A DNA stretch of 64,000 nucleotides, from NCBI RefSeq assembly GCF_009914755.1, contig NC_060945.1; one strand, given 5' to 3'. The notes beneath the pieces are model-generated. The model saw only the letters and a list, made by a program, of their open reading frames with translations. It did no database searches and was not told where the DNA came from. Both the position numbers and the translations under genes were made by a program. Positions 25,735 through 39,650 of the stretch are shown here, one piece after another (position 1 is the first letter of the stretch; each line of letters begins with the position of its first letter). This DNA is from the human T2T-CHM13v2.0 reference genome, Homo sapiens.

Positions 25735-26303
25735 TTTTTTTGTTGTTGTTGTTATTTTTGAGACAAAGGTCTCACCGTGTCACCCAGGCTGGAGTGCAGT
25801 GGTGCAATCTGGCTCACTGCAACCTCTGCCTCCTGGGTTCAAGTGATTGTCATGCCTCAGCATCCCACATAGCTGGGACTACAGGTACACGCCACCAGGC
25901 CTGGCTAATTTTTATGACGGGGTTTTGCCATGTTGGCCAGGCTGGTCTTGAACTCCTGACCTCAAGTGATCTTCCTGTCTCGGCCTCCTAGGGTCTGCAG
26001 TTTTGTTGTTGTTGTTGTTTTGGGGCAGAGCTTCGTTCTTGTTGCCCAGGCTGGAGTGCAGTGGTGTGATCTCAGCTCACGGCAGCCCCCACCTCCCAGG
26101 TTCAAGCGATTCTCCTGCCCCAACCTCCTGAGTAGCTGGGACTACAGGTGCCTGCCACCACACCCGTCTAATTTTTGTATTTTTACTAGAGATGGGGTTT
26201 TCCATGTTGTCCAGGCGAGTCTTGAACTCCTGACCTCAGGTGATCCACCTGCCTCAGCCTCCCAAAGTGCTGGGATTACAGGCGTGAGCCACCGCACCCC
26301 GCC
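25735..26303 (-). mobile_element. Two tandem antisense Alus (25735-25988, 5'-truncated; 26001-26303) splitting the retrocopy coding region
   Basis: Reverse Alu consensus twice, (TTG)n tails, GGGTCTGC present before, between and after. Confidence 0.93.
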
Positions 26304-26611
26304 GGGTCTGCCGCTTTTGAATGAAAGTAAATGCTCTTCCAAGCATTTCTTGCATGAGCAGAAGAGTGTGTAGAATTCTCTCGGTTTGCTGTCTAAAGCA
26401 AGAGGGCTGACTGACCACTTTAGGGCCACGGCCTCCATCCCCGCCACTTCCCCTCCCTTCCCCTCCCTTCCCACTCCTTCTTTTCCTGAGTGCTGATGTT
26501 GTTCTGCCTTAAGCTTCTAAGCAGGGGCATCTTTTATGGTCGGGGGGAGGGAGGTGTGGGAGGCAGGCAGGGGATGTTGCAGGAGAGCTACTGATAACCC
26601 AGGGCCTCTGT

Positions 26612-28620
26612 CTTTTCCTTATTGACCATTTTTATGTCTTCTTTTTAACATGTTAAGATTATTTCCCAATTTCTTAGTTGGGTTATCTTCTTGCTGTTGA
26701 GTTGTAGGAATTCTTTATATTTTGGTTGTCTTTTATCATGTATATGTAATTACAAATACTTTCTCCCAATGTGTGGCTTGTATTTGCATTTTCTTAACAG
26801 TTTCTTTGAAGTTGAAGTATTTTAATATTGATTGTTTAATTTACTTTTATGGTTAGTACTTTAACCATTTTCTTTTTCTTTTTCTTTTCTTTTTTTTTTT
26901 TTTTTTTTGTGACGGAATTTCACTCTTATTGCCCAGGCTGGAGTGCAATGGCATGATCTCACTCACTGCAGCCTCCGCCTCCCTGGGTTCAAGCGATTCT
27001 TCTGCCTCAGCCTCCTGAGTAGCTGGGATTACAGGCATGCACCACCACGCTCAGCTAATTTTTGTATTTTTAGTAGAGACAGGGTTTCACCATGTTGGCC
27101 AGCCTGGTCTCGAACTCGCGACCTCAGGTGATCCGCCCGCCTCGGTCTCCCAAAGTGCTGGGATTACAGGCGTGAGCCACCACGCCCGGCTGCTTTAACC
27201 ATTTTCTTGAAACTTAGTTTGTAAATTTTTTCTCCCTGTGTTTTGTTCTAGAAGTTTTGCCATTTTAGGTTTACGATCCATTTGGAATTCATTTCTGTGT
27301 GTGTTCTGAGGTGTCACTAAGTCAAGGTTCATTTATTGCATGTGGAATCTAGTCCCAGCACCTACTTTTGAAAAAGCTGTCCTTTCATCATTGAATTATA
27401 TTGGTACCTTTATGGAAAATTAATTGATCATGTATGAGTGGGTTTATTTTTGAACTCAGTTCCTTTCTATCCTTATGTGGTGCCGTTCTTTCTTGATTAC
27501 TGTGGCTTTGAAATGTGCCTTGAAGTGGGTGAATGTAAATTCTTCAACTTTGTTCTTGTTAGAAATTTGTTTTGGCTATTCTAGAATTTTTTGTATTTCC
27601 ATATACAATTCTGAGGTACTTTGAACAGTTGGACAAAGAGCCTTCTGGGGTTTCTGAGTAGGATTGTGTTGGATGTATGGATTCTTTCTGACTGTTTGGA
27701 CATCTTTACAGTATTTTAGCCTTTCAATCCAAGAACACATATATTTCTCCATTTATTTAGGTTTTGTTTTTTAACGGTTTAAAGGTCTTTGCATATCTTT
27801 TGTTACAGTTGACTTTTTTGATGCTATTGTAAGTGGTATTTTTTATTTTTATTTTTATTTTTTTTGAGACGCAGTCTCACTTTCACTGCAACCGCCGCCT
27901 CCCAGGTTCAAGCGATTCTCCTGCCTCAGCCTCCCTAGTAGCTGGGACTACAGGTGTGTGCCACCACACCCGGCTAATTTTTTGTATTTTTAGTAGAGAT
28001 GGAGTTTCACTGTGTTATAGCCAGGATAGTCTTGATCTCTGGACAGCATGATCCACCAGCCTCGGCCTCCCAAAGTGCTGGGATTACAGTTGTGAGCCAC
28101 TGCACCCTGCCAGTGGTTTTTAGTTTTTATTCCAATTGTTTTTTGCTGGTATATAGAATGTGGTTGATTTTTCTGTATGAAGCTTGTATCTGCGACTTTG
28201 CGAAATTCACTTATTCTAATAAATGTATTTACCACTTTTATTCATTTTAAAAATTGTGCTTTTTGGGGTATTCTCTAAAATGTTTAATAGAAGTGGTAAT
28301 GACAGACATCTTTGTCTTGTTCCCGATTTTGTATGGAAAGCAGTCTTTTACTACTAAGTATGGTTTTAGTTGTTGCACTTCTTATTTTGTTAAAAATGTG
28401 TTATTGTTAATTTATACTTCTAGATATACTACAGCTTAACCATTCTACAGTTAAACTATTTGTTTATATATCTTTTTATATATTTATGGTCCACTGTGAT
28501 TCTTTTCTGTGAAATTGACATTTGTTTCTCTTGCCTGTTTTTTCTTTTGGGCTATTTATCTTTTTCTTTATGATTTGAGGTAGTTCTTTATGGTTTAGAT
28601 ACTACTTTTGTTTTTCTATT
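26612..28620 (-). mobile_element. L1M continuation with nested antisense Alus at 26870-27191 and 27839-28111
   Basis: Reverse L1 motifs; ORF track 27990..28235 begins with L1 ORF2-like ISEFRKVAD..IQKNQPHSIY; Alu TSD ctttaaccatttt. Confidence 0.8.
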
Positions 28621-28622
28621 TA

Positions 28623-29293
28623 CAATAGTCCACGTTTACTCTCATGGAATGTGTTCCAAGACCCCCAGTGGATGCCTGAAACTGTGGCTAGTATTGAACC
28701 ATTTATAGAGTATATTTTGAAAGAGACTACATTCACATAACATACTGTATATGTTTTCAAAATATTTGAAATAGTATACCATATATAGTATGGTTCAGTA
28801 CTATATAGAATATAGTATATATAGTTTTTTCTTATCTATATATACCTGTGATAAAGTTTAATTTATAAATTAGACACTATATAACTATATAGTACATATA
28901 GTTTTTTTCCTATATATAGTATCTACCTGTGATAAAGTTTAATTTATAAATTAGGTAATTTATAAATTAGTAGAGACTAACAACAATAACTAGTAATGAA
29001 ATAGAACAACTATGATAATATAATGTTGTGTGAATGTAGTCTTTTTCAAAATATCCGATAACTGAGATGGCTGCTGACTACTAAGTGGGTAGTATACACA
29101 GTGTGGATATGTTGGACAAAGGGAAGATTCATGTTGTGGGTGGCATGGAGTGAGATTTCATTATGCACAGCACTCAGTCAGAATAGTGCACAATTTAAAA
29201 CATCGTTTCTGGAACTTTTCATATTTTTGGACTACGCTTGATCATTGGTAACTGAAACTTCAAAAAGTGAAACGAGATAAGGGGAAACTACTG
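28623..29293. mobile_element. MER44/Tigger7-family DNA transposon with an internal tandem duplication
   Basis: TA-CAATAGTCC...ACTACTG-TA termini; ttccaagacccccagtggatgcctgaaac. Confidence 0.8.
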
Positions 29294-29697
29294 TATATGT
29301 TTTGCAAATATTTTCTGTTTTCACGATGTCTTTTTATTCTCTTTATGTACTTTCATGAGTAGACATTTTTATTTTTAATTTAGTTTCATGTATAATTAGC
29401 TTCCTTTAATATTTGAACTTCCATGTCCTGTTTCACAAAGATAGTCTCATTTATTGCCCTCTAAGTGTTTTCTTAATTTGTCTTCATGCAGGGTTTAAGT
29501 TTCATTCCACTTGGGTTTGATTTTTGCATGTTGTTTGAGTAGATGTCAGAATTTTTCCCCTCTGGAGAACCAGCGACTTTATTGAACAGTTCCTCCTTCC
29601 CATTAATACTCTGCCTGACAACAGTATGTATACTTTTTAAATTCTTCAGTTGGGACCATTGTAAAGAAAAACAGGTGTCAGGAACTTTCGCCCTTGA

Positions 29698-30015
<318 letters not shown>

Positions 30016-31297
30016 AAATTAAAATATTTTTATTATGGTTTTACTGAAACTTGTTTAAATATAAACTAGGCATACATTTATTATGTTCTGTTGGGTAGCT
30101 CTTATGTAATAAGATGAAAAACCAACTACTAACTTAAAGGTAACCAAAACTACAAAACTGGAGAAATTCAGAATAAAAAGGTTAGCTTAATTTGACAGAT
30201 GGCAGTGTTTTGCAGAAGCTAATTTGGCATTTGTGGCTTCAACTAAGGAAATCGGTATATGTATTTCAGGATATTGTAATATGTTAAGCTTTTGGAAGTA
30301 AATTTTATTTCTGTTGTCAACTATACTGCATTTCTGACTTGATACCTAATTAATAACCATTATTGTAGAGTGAGTGGTATTTTTGGTCTTTTTATTGTAA
30401 AACTGTAACAGATATGCTCTCAAGTGTGTTTTTTTTTTTAATTTTTTTTTCTTAAGCTATAGCTCAGTAAATGCCGATATTTCCATGTTGAACTGAACAG
30501 GTTGTGTGATTTAATGTAGAGCAGGATACACTTGCTGTGAATAAGAGGTAACAATTATAGCTTACCTATAAGTTAGCGCCAAATAAATATTCATCAGAAC
30601 TTGTGAGTACTTTGCCTTGTGTACATATTTGAGTGCCTGGGCAATCAAGAGAGTGACATACTATGCAGCGTGATAACTGCTTTTGTAGACATTGTGAAAT
30701 AGTATTCTTATACTGAAGTAATAATTGTATTCTAAATATTGCTTTATTGCTAGTATGTGTTTCTGCTTATCTGTGGGAATTTTCCAAGGTTTGTCTTTGA
30801 TTTTCTGATTTCTTTGCAAGCTTTACCTTTGAGAGATTATATATTTTCCGAGTCATATATGTTCATTACTATCAAGTATGTGTATTGAAAATAAGTGTAA
30901 TGTTACATCTTCACATAAATTCTAGTTTTAGGTTTTCAATTGCATGTGTACATTTCTGCTTAGTCATCACTCAGTATCATGACCGTTCATTTATGTATTC
31001 TTTGTTTTAAGCAGACTGAGAAATAGATAACATACAAAAAGCTTTTAAATTGGTAGTGGCTAGAGCCAGAGGTGCACAGATAATATTGAAAGTTAAATAA
31101 AGTATTTGTAGGTAGAACTAAGAGGATCTAGGAAGACTAGGAAAGATCTTATAAAGGAGGTAATAGCTGAAATAAACTGTTGAAGATTTGTAGGCAGGTC
31201 GAAGTGTTATTCCAAGTAAAGAGAAGTCTATGAGCAAGGGACAAATCTTCAATGATTTAGTGCCTTCTGTTATCTACACATGGTTTTATTTGGCTGA

Positions 31298-31590
31298 GTG
31301 TGATATAATAATAAATATTTGGTCTTTTTCCCTTGTTCCTGGCATGGAGCCCCTAAAGCCTTTGGAATTTACTCTCTAGTCTGTGCTAATCAGATGAGTG
31401 GCGTGGGTCTGGGTGTTTGGGGAGGAGAGGCTGTGTAGCTTCCACTTCAGGGTGGGTACTCTTTACCACTGTAGTTAGAGGGTGAGAACTTTCAACCCCA
31501 GTCCAGCATCCGGGGAGGGAAGAGGGGCTGCAGATTGAGCCCAATCACCAATGGCCAATGATTTAATCAATTATACTTTAATGAAATCTC
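31298..31590 (+). mobile_element. MER21-like LTR fragment
   Basis: gttcctggcatggagcccctaaagcctttggaattt...caccaatggccaatgatttaatcaat. Confidence 0.6.
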
Positions 31591-31595
31591 CAGTG

Positions 31596-31597
<2 letters not shown>

Positions 31598-31631
<34 letters not shown>

Positions 31632-31944
31632 TTTTTTTTTTTTTTTTTTTTTCCTTGAGACAGAGTCTCACTCTGTTGCCCAGGCTGGTGTGTAGGAGTG
31701 AAGTGGCACAATCTTGGTTCACTGCAACCTCCGTCTCCCTGGTTCAAGCAATTCTTCTGTCAGCCTCCTGAGTAGGCTGGACTACAGGTGCATGCCACCG
31801 CGCCTGGCTAATTTTTGTATTTTTAGTAGAGATGGAGTTTCACCATATTGGTCAGGCTGGTCTTGATCTCCTGACCTCAGGTGATCCACCCGCGAAAGGC
31901 TCCCAAAGTGCTGGGATTACAGGCATGAACAATTGTGCCCGACC
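31598..31944 (-). mobile_element. (TG)n microsatellite and poly-T followed by an antisense AluS
   Basis: Direct read; reverse Alu consensus. Confidence 0.92.
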
Positions 31945-32026
31945 CCTTATATCCTTTTAATAAGTGTTCAGTAAATAGTAGTTCTATGATAATGCTCAGC
32001 GTATATGGTTAACTTTTTCCCCTAAT

Positions 32027-32332
<306 letters not shown>

Positions 32333-33358
32333 CTTTTTTTCTCTTAAAACTGTAGAATTATATTATTAATACACTGTTAGTATACAGAAATTGTTTTCAA
32401 GGAATTTGTTTCAGGGTCCAGTGAGGACAAAGAAAGGACAAAAAGTAGAACAAAGGAGATTTGGTGTAAAGAAGTATTGACTAGGAACAGATGATTGGCT
32501 GCTAGAGGGTAAAGAGAACTCTAAAGTAAGAAATGAATTTGGGAGAGGCCCTTCAGAAGCCCCAAGACTCTGAGAGATTGGGTTCTTGTTGGAGAGGTTG
32601 TGAATGGAGCCCACTGGATGGCAGAGCAGTTTATAGAAGTGCTGTAGCTTGGGACATTCCTGCCAGTAGCTCTTTTGAAGTGGTGTAGAGTATGTGCTTT
32701 ATCGTATCTAGATGAATGGAGTTTCCAAGAGACCATAGGACATATTATATAAGTAATTAGCATGACCAAAAACTGTATTTGCTTTAAAGAATTGTGACAA
32801 ATATAACTGCTAGGAATTATATAGTATTCCAGTTTCAGAGTTCTACTTAGAGCACGTTTATTTTGTTTTATTAGTATAAGGGAGTTTATTTTTGGATTAT
32901 AAGCTAATTAGGCAAACAAGTACAGAAACTAGAGATGCATAAAGATTTAATTGGACAAGAGAGCTATAATAGGAATCTGATTATTAGCATCAACAAGTTA
33001 AATACATATTTTATTTAAACTGCAGACATAGTGATTTAAGGATATGATTTGATTCATAAAAGTTTTGTTTACCTACTTGTTTTCCAGAATATAGGCACTC
33101 TAATTTAAAAACAGACTGTGTTCCAAAAGATTTTGCAAGTTGGGTTTTTGGAACTGAAAATACATGTTCCCATAGAAACCATGTTTCCTGGTGGTGTGTT
33201 CTTATTTAGAAATGTAACTCTGTGTGAACTTAGCTTATAGTGCTGAGTAACAGTATTTTTTGGGAGAAATACATTTAGAGTTTCTACTCATGATGTATTT
33301 ATTTTATCTACTAATTAATAGGGATGGGGAATACTCTTTTACATTGTAATTAAAAAAA

Positions 33359-33928
<570 letters not shown>

Positions 33929-34307
33929 CAGATGGGGAATACTCTTAAGGGTCATAAACATGATGCAGATATGGTTGAAAGGTTGGGTGACAGGTAGGAA
34001 AAAGGACTCTGTGGCAAGGGAGGATGGAAACCATCATTTATCTAGGACTAACTATATCCATTGTTCTTTGCTAGCTATTTCTCATAAAGTATCTCATTTC
34101 TTTTTTCTGGATTGCATGAATGCTTAATGTTTTAGCTCTGGAATTCTATAAAAAGTAGGAAGAGACTTAAAATTTAGAATTCTTGGCATTTTTAAGCTTT
34201 AATGGAAAGGGTATACCTTCAGATTTATGTGCCCATAGAGGTATATGAGTAATTTATTTTAATGCTAAAGTGCTGTTAATCCAAAAAGATTGAGAAAAAC
34301 TTCAATC

Positions 34308-34866
34308 TGTGACAGTAGGATATGCAGCATACCTGAACCATTTGTTACCCGCCAAAAACTTGAAAACCAGGATTAGTTGCCTGGTGAGTAATAAACAACT
34401 CTTCAAGAGAATGCAGGTTTTGGTCAGTAGGAGTTTTACTACTTGTCACAAATAAGGAGAATACTTGGAGTATTCTTTAGAGCATTGTTGCCTCTAGGGA
34501 AAGTGACAGGGAGGTTTTATGGGGTGATGGAGAGGGGAGAGGGTGTGACATCACATGTAGAGGAGGGGTCCCAGTGGTGCAAATGCAGTGAGTCACTATG
34601 TCAGCAGGTAGGTCACGTGTTATGGTAATGAAGCTGTAGTTCCCCCCCAGGGTGCTGACTTTAGCATGATAATGAGGAAAGTTCACTTGGGTTCATCTGC
34701 ATGTTGCGAGGGTCTGTCAGGAGCTGGCTCCAACTGACTAGGTGAGAGCTCATTCCTCACAGGGTTTGGGAAAAAACAGGTGGCAAGGTAGGAGGTTGTA
34801 AACAGGCCAGTTACTTAAGTTGATTAAATTCCTATAGTCCCGGGGGACCCTCCTTGTCTGCTTACA
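34308..34866 (-). mobile_element. ERVL-class solo LTR (MER54/LTR53-like group)
   Basis: TG...CA termini, 5-bp near-TSD CAATC/CATTC. Confidence 0.65.
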
Positions 34867-35107
34867 CATTCATGGGACTGTCATATAGATTATTTGCAAT
34901 AGGGAATTTCAGTAATATTATATTTTATACAAACCTTCAAGTGAGATTGACAGGACCAGAACTGGGAAATTCTAGATGGAATGTAGGAGTGTAGAAAGTT
35001 TGCTTAGTAAGTGGGCCTGACTTATGTCATTTAGAAGAATTCTTCAATTTAGAAGAATTAGAAAATGTGCTTATTAGTTGGCCTGATATATGTATGCTTC
35101 TCGTTCC

Positions 35108-35648
35108 TGTATGAGAGGGAAAAAAAAAAAAAGGCTTCTCTTTACCTTTCTAAGTTCTTTGGCTGGACTAGAAATTAAATTGACAAGAGGCAGATTAACA
35201 GGAGAAAACCCATTTTAATTACATAGGTACTTACAGGAGTCCCACAAAATAAGAGACTTGAAGAAGGGTCACATGATTGAAGCTTATGTAGCATCCAGAG
35301 CTACAAAAAGTGATAGGGGTTTGGGGCTTCTGGGAGGGGTGGCAACACAAGTTATGAGAGGGTGGGGGAGGAAATGTATGGTGAATAAAGGGTGTCTTGT
35401 GTAGATAAAAAGTCACTCAAGTAATAAAAGTTGTTGCAACCCTCTTGCTGATACAGATACTTTTTCTAATGTAGATTTCCTTTAAAAATGGATTTTTTTT
35501 CACAAAAGGACAGTTTTTCAAGGTTACTCTTGTGTCCGCAGTTTCTCAAAATAACTACCTCAAAATATGCCAAAGAAGTATATTTTTGGGTGGCATATTC
35601 TAGTCGCCTGCAGTCTTATTTGGAGGTGGTGTGTCCTGAGCCCCAGCA
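35108..35648 (-). mobile_element. ERV1 solo LTR (MER34 group)
   Basis: TG...CA termini, perfect TSD TTCC. Confidence 0.75.
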
Positions 35649-37088
35649 TTCCCATCTCCAATAATTAGTTAGTGCCTCTTTTCTGTGGGATAAGCTTGTC
35701 TTGTGATATGGCTTGTTCCAGCTCACATCTGCAGGCTCTGCTGTATTCATTTATTCAGTCAATGTTGATTGCTTGCCATGTGCCAGGCATTATATGTATG
35801 TACCAGGAGTACAGTGATGAACGAATTATGGTCTCATTGATAACTTTGAAATGATTAACATTTGGTGCCTAGCAGTGCTTTAGTGCACGTGCTTCTGAAG
35901 TTTAAGAGTTCTTGTCGTCTTTGGATTTACCTTGTGATTAACCATAGTGTATTATTATAATTTGTGGTGAGTCTCACAGAAGGCACCTACATGTGCAGAG
36001 ACCTTTGCATTATGAAGGAGAATGGTGTTCTGTAGACCCTGAATGAAAGAGAGGGAAGAGGAATGCCAGGGGGAAAGCAAAGCAAGTTAGTGCTGGGGAC
36101 AGAGGTAGGGACTCTAGCATGCAGAGGTCCTTTAAGCTGTGAGGACTATACTATAGGAAAATTCCTCAGACAAGTCATAGAATATTACAGTTGAGGGAAA
36201 TGAAAGATCCGGCTTACACATTAACAAGAAAAACATGACTCAGGAGATTTTTTCTTCTTCTTTGCTTTCTGGCTATTTAGAGACTGGTTTGGACTTACAA
36301 ACATGAAGGATGTGTTATGTACTTGAAATTCTTGGACAGTGAGTATTAGAGGTTTCTTATGGTAAGAGAACATGAGCTAGAGCAGTGTAGTGTTAGCAGG
36401 TAGATGCAGAGGTTTTTGCAAAATCAGGTGTGTGTGTGATTACTCACTTTAAAGACAGTATAATGAATTAATCTTGTCATTGACAGGTAACTTTGAAATG
36501 CCTACATTTGGTGCTTAGCAGTGCGTGTGATTCTGAAGTTTAAGAATGTCTTTGGAGTTTCTATCAGTTTTTTTTTTTTCCTCTGTTCTTAGAAAATTTG
36601 GAAGGTTTTTTTAGAGGTCATTCTAAGAGTTGCGCCCCCCGCCTTACACCTATCCCCAAGGATGGAAACCTTTGACTTTCTTTTCCTGAACCAAGTTTCA
36701 TTTATATTTGGAAATTTAGCTGAAGGAGCCAAGGACTGACTTAATGAGTCACCCACCGCTTAACACAAACTGTTTTTCTCCTTTGTTGTCAGTGGTGCTT
36801 TAGTTTTCTTTTACCATTTTATAAGTATTTTACATCAACATAATAGTGGATTTTTGCACTGAGTTTTCATTTTTTATTGAATCTTTAATCTCCAATGTTA
36901 GATATCCTAGAGTTGAGAAAATATGGCAAGGACATGGAATTTGAACGACCAAGTTTCAACCCTGTCTCTGCACTTACTAATGTCTTGAAGTCTGTGTTAG
37001 CTATGAAATGAGAGTAACTTTCTAGAGGGTGTGTGGGTATGTCTGTATTAAATGAGAGTATATATTGGAAACATTGGAAACAGTCTGG

Positions 37089-37839
37089 TATAGGGAAGTT
37101 TAAACCTTCACTCTGAAAGTTCGATTAATTGAGTGCTGAAATAAACTGACAGTAAACAGATTAGCAAGAGAAAGTGCATACAAATTTATTGACATGGAAG
37201 CATGGGTGGGAGCTACAAAAAAAATATGAGGCTCTAAAAAGGGCCAGATGATTGAAGCCTGAATCCCCTCTTCATAAAGGGAGAAGTGGAGGATGCAGGC
37301 AATTTTAGAGGAAGAGTAAATGATTTCAAGGGGAGATGAGTGTGCCTGAAGAGCAGACAATGACCTGGAACAAAATTCTTCCGGGCTCTGGGAGAGATGG
37401 TGGCAATTTTTTGGGAAGGTGAGGGGCAGAACTGTACTGCAAACAAAAGTTGTCTTTGTTATATAGATAAAGTCTCTGAGGTAAGAAATAGCCCTTAGAA
37501 GAATAGTCAAAAGAATAGGTGAAAAGTCTGTCTGGGTATGGTATGCCCAGGTGCATGGCAATTTTTAGTTTTCTTTCCTGCTATAGGAGTTAATCTTCTC
37601 TGGTTTATATAGATTCCAGGGAATTATCCAAGACAATTTCGTTCCTTCTGGATGAACGTCCCTCAGTCAGATAAGGGAACTTCAGAGAAAACCTCTCCCT
37701 GTGCTTTGGAAGGGAAAACGGGGAGGCAGGAGAATGTTGGAGAGAGACCTTGCTTCTGAGTCCTTTCAATTGCTTTTGTTCAGAGCACTCAGCAAGCCAG
37801 AATGCCATACTTTAGGGCATTGTTTTCGTAACCTCAACA
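37089..37839 (-). mobile_element. ERV1 solo LTR (MER34/MER39 group)
   Basis: aataaactgacagtaaacagattagcaagagaaa...cagagcactcagcaagccagaatgccatactttagggc. Confidence 0.7.
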
Positions 37840-39650
37840 TTGATATACAGCAAGAGTATAATAAATTCATATTTTCTTGCCTTGTCTTGGGCCAGTGATC
37901 CCTTTTTTTGCATCCTCAAAAAGTTATACTGATGTTAAATATGCCCTCTTTACTGAAACAGATTTTAAAAATACCCAGCATTAAGTGGGGTCACCTGAGA
38001 AGGGAAAGAATTTCTATGAAACTCTCAGGTTTTTAATTTATATTGAAATTACCAATATTTCCTTATATCTGAAGTGCATAGTACTGTATTTTGCACATAG
38101 TAGACACTTAAGGATGTTATTGTGCAGTAAAAATAACAGGAAGGAATCTGAAGACTTGTAGGTAATCTTGACTTCTTTGCTTATTAATTTTTGTGGTGTT
38201 TGCAAGTAACTGAATCTCTTTGGACGTTGCATCTTGCCCCTTTGGTTTAGCAGTGGGAAGAGGTTGAACCCACCTCCCTGTACTTAACTAGAGAAAAAAA
38301 ATCCATACAAGGAGCATCTCAGAGCCCAGAAGAGGAGCTCTAGATATGGAAGTGGATTGGATGGGAACCACCTTGGATTTGGAATTGCTGGTCAGGGAGA
38401 GGACCATATTTAGGACATTTCCAGTTGAGGATCAGGGCGTATCACAGGTCAGAAGTTTCATAAATGGGAAGGTACAAACCTTGAAAAACAGACTAGGGTC
38501 TTAATCACAACAGAAATGGCAACAAAACCCCCACATAATTGCAGGAAATGAAGGTTCAGGGTTTCAAATACAGGAAAAACACAACTGGAAGATGCCAGTA
38601 ACAAAGGGAAAAAAACTTTGCAAATGAGGTGGCTTCTCTAACTTAAACTTAGGATTTTTCTCATTGCTCACCTCTTCCCATTTCTCTCTACCTAGGTTTA
38701 GCTAAGAAAATTCTTTCACTTTTTTTGTTTTCTTTTCCACCTGGCCTTCTCCCCGATCACCAGTTCTTTTCATTGTTTCATTTTCAGTCAAGATTTATGA
38801 AAACATGAACCATACTAGAGATACACCTGATTTTTTTCTAGGATATTTGTCTGAATTTATAGTAAAAGATAAAACAGCAAAATAACAGTTTCAAAGACCT
38901 TGCTCTTCTCCATAATATACTCAGTATTCTTATTGCACTTTATCAAACCACCATAACAAACCACCTCAAAACCCAGTGGCATACCAAAATATTGTCACTC
39001 ACACTCACAGATTTGCTGGTTGGCTGGGTTGACTTTTTTCACATGTGCCTCATTCTTCTTAGGCAAGTGGGCTACCAAGTCATGTTCTTCTTAAGCAGGT
39101 TGCAGAAGTTCAACTGGGCTAGCCCAGCGATGCAGGTAGTTTCATGTCTGCTTGCATGCTGGCTGCTAACATGCCATTGGTCAAATCCCATCATCCATGA
39201 CAAAAGGAAATACATCATGTGTGAGGAAGTAAAAGTGGCAAAGAGTATGAATACAGGGATGGGAGAATTGGGAGGCTAGCATAGGCAGTGTAATCTTTTC
39301 TGGGATTTATATTCGTGTTTGTATTTTACTTTGTGGTTATTAATTTGTGTATATACTATTTTGTATTCTGCTTTAGCGTAATGTGATTTTGTAAGGAAAA
39401 CTTCTGTATAGATTATATATTTTTCACTTAAATAGTTGTATGTGTAACTGAGACTCTGCTTCTAAGTTGATCTGCATCAAAATCATTTGAAGTGCTTATT
39501 AAAATGCCGATCCCTAGACCTTAACCCAGACCCTCTGGAATCAATCTCTGGGGATGAGGCCTGGACATCTTCATTATTAGCAAACTCATGGAGTCATCCT
39601 TCTGTACATTAAAGTTTGAGAACTACTTTCTTAATGGAAGGACATGCATT

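Larger units (their letters stand above)
23050..26605 (-). pseudogene. RBPMSLP: Processed pseudogene of RBPMS2 (probably RBPMSLP), interrupted by an LTR and two Alus
   Basis: Minus strand 26420-26304 reads [17 protein letters not shown] (RBPMS2: VSGLPVDIKPRELYLLF). 25733-25420 reads [36 protein letters not shown]/DL../[61 protein letters not shown] (RBPMS2: QTLRLEFAKANTKMAK...WAPYPLYTTELTP...[23 protein letters not shown]). Intronless; stops at 25712-25714 and 25576-25578; frameshifts. The 3' UTR extent to about 23050 and the 5' edge are inferred from the break in the host L1. Confidence 0.88.

Noticed and set aside
37100-37561. 153-aa minus-strand ORF
   Set aside because: Lies entirely inside a solo LTR; no protein features
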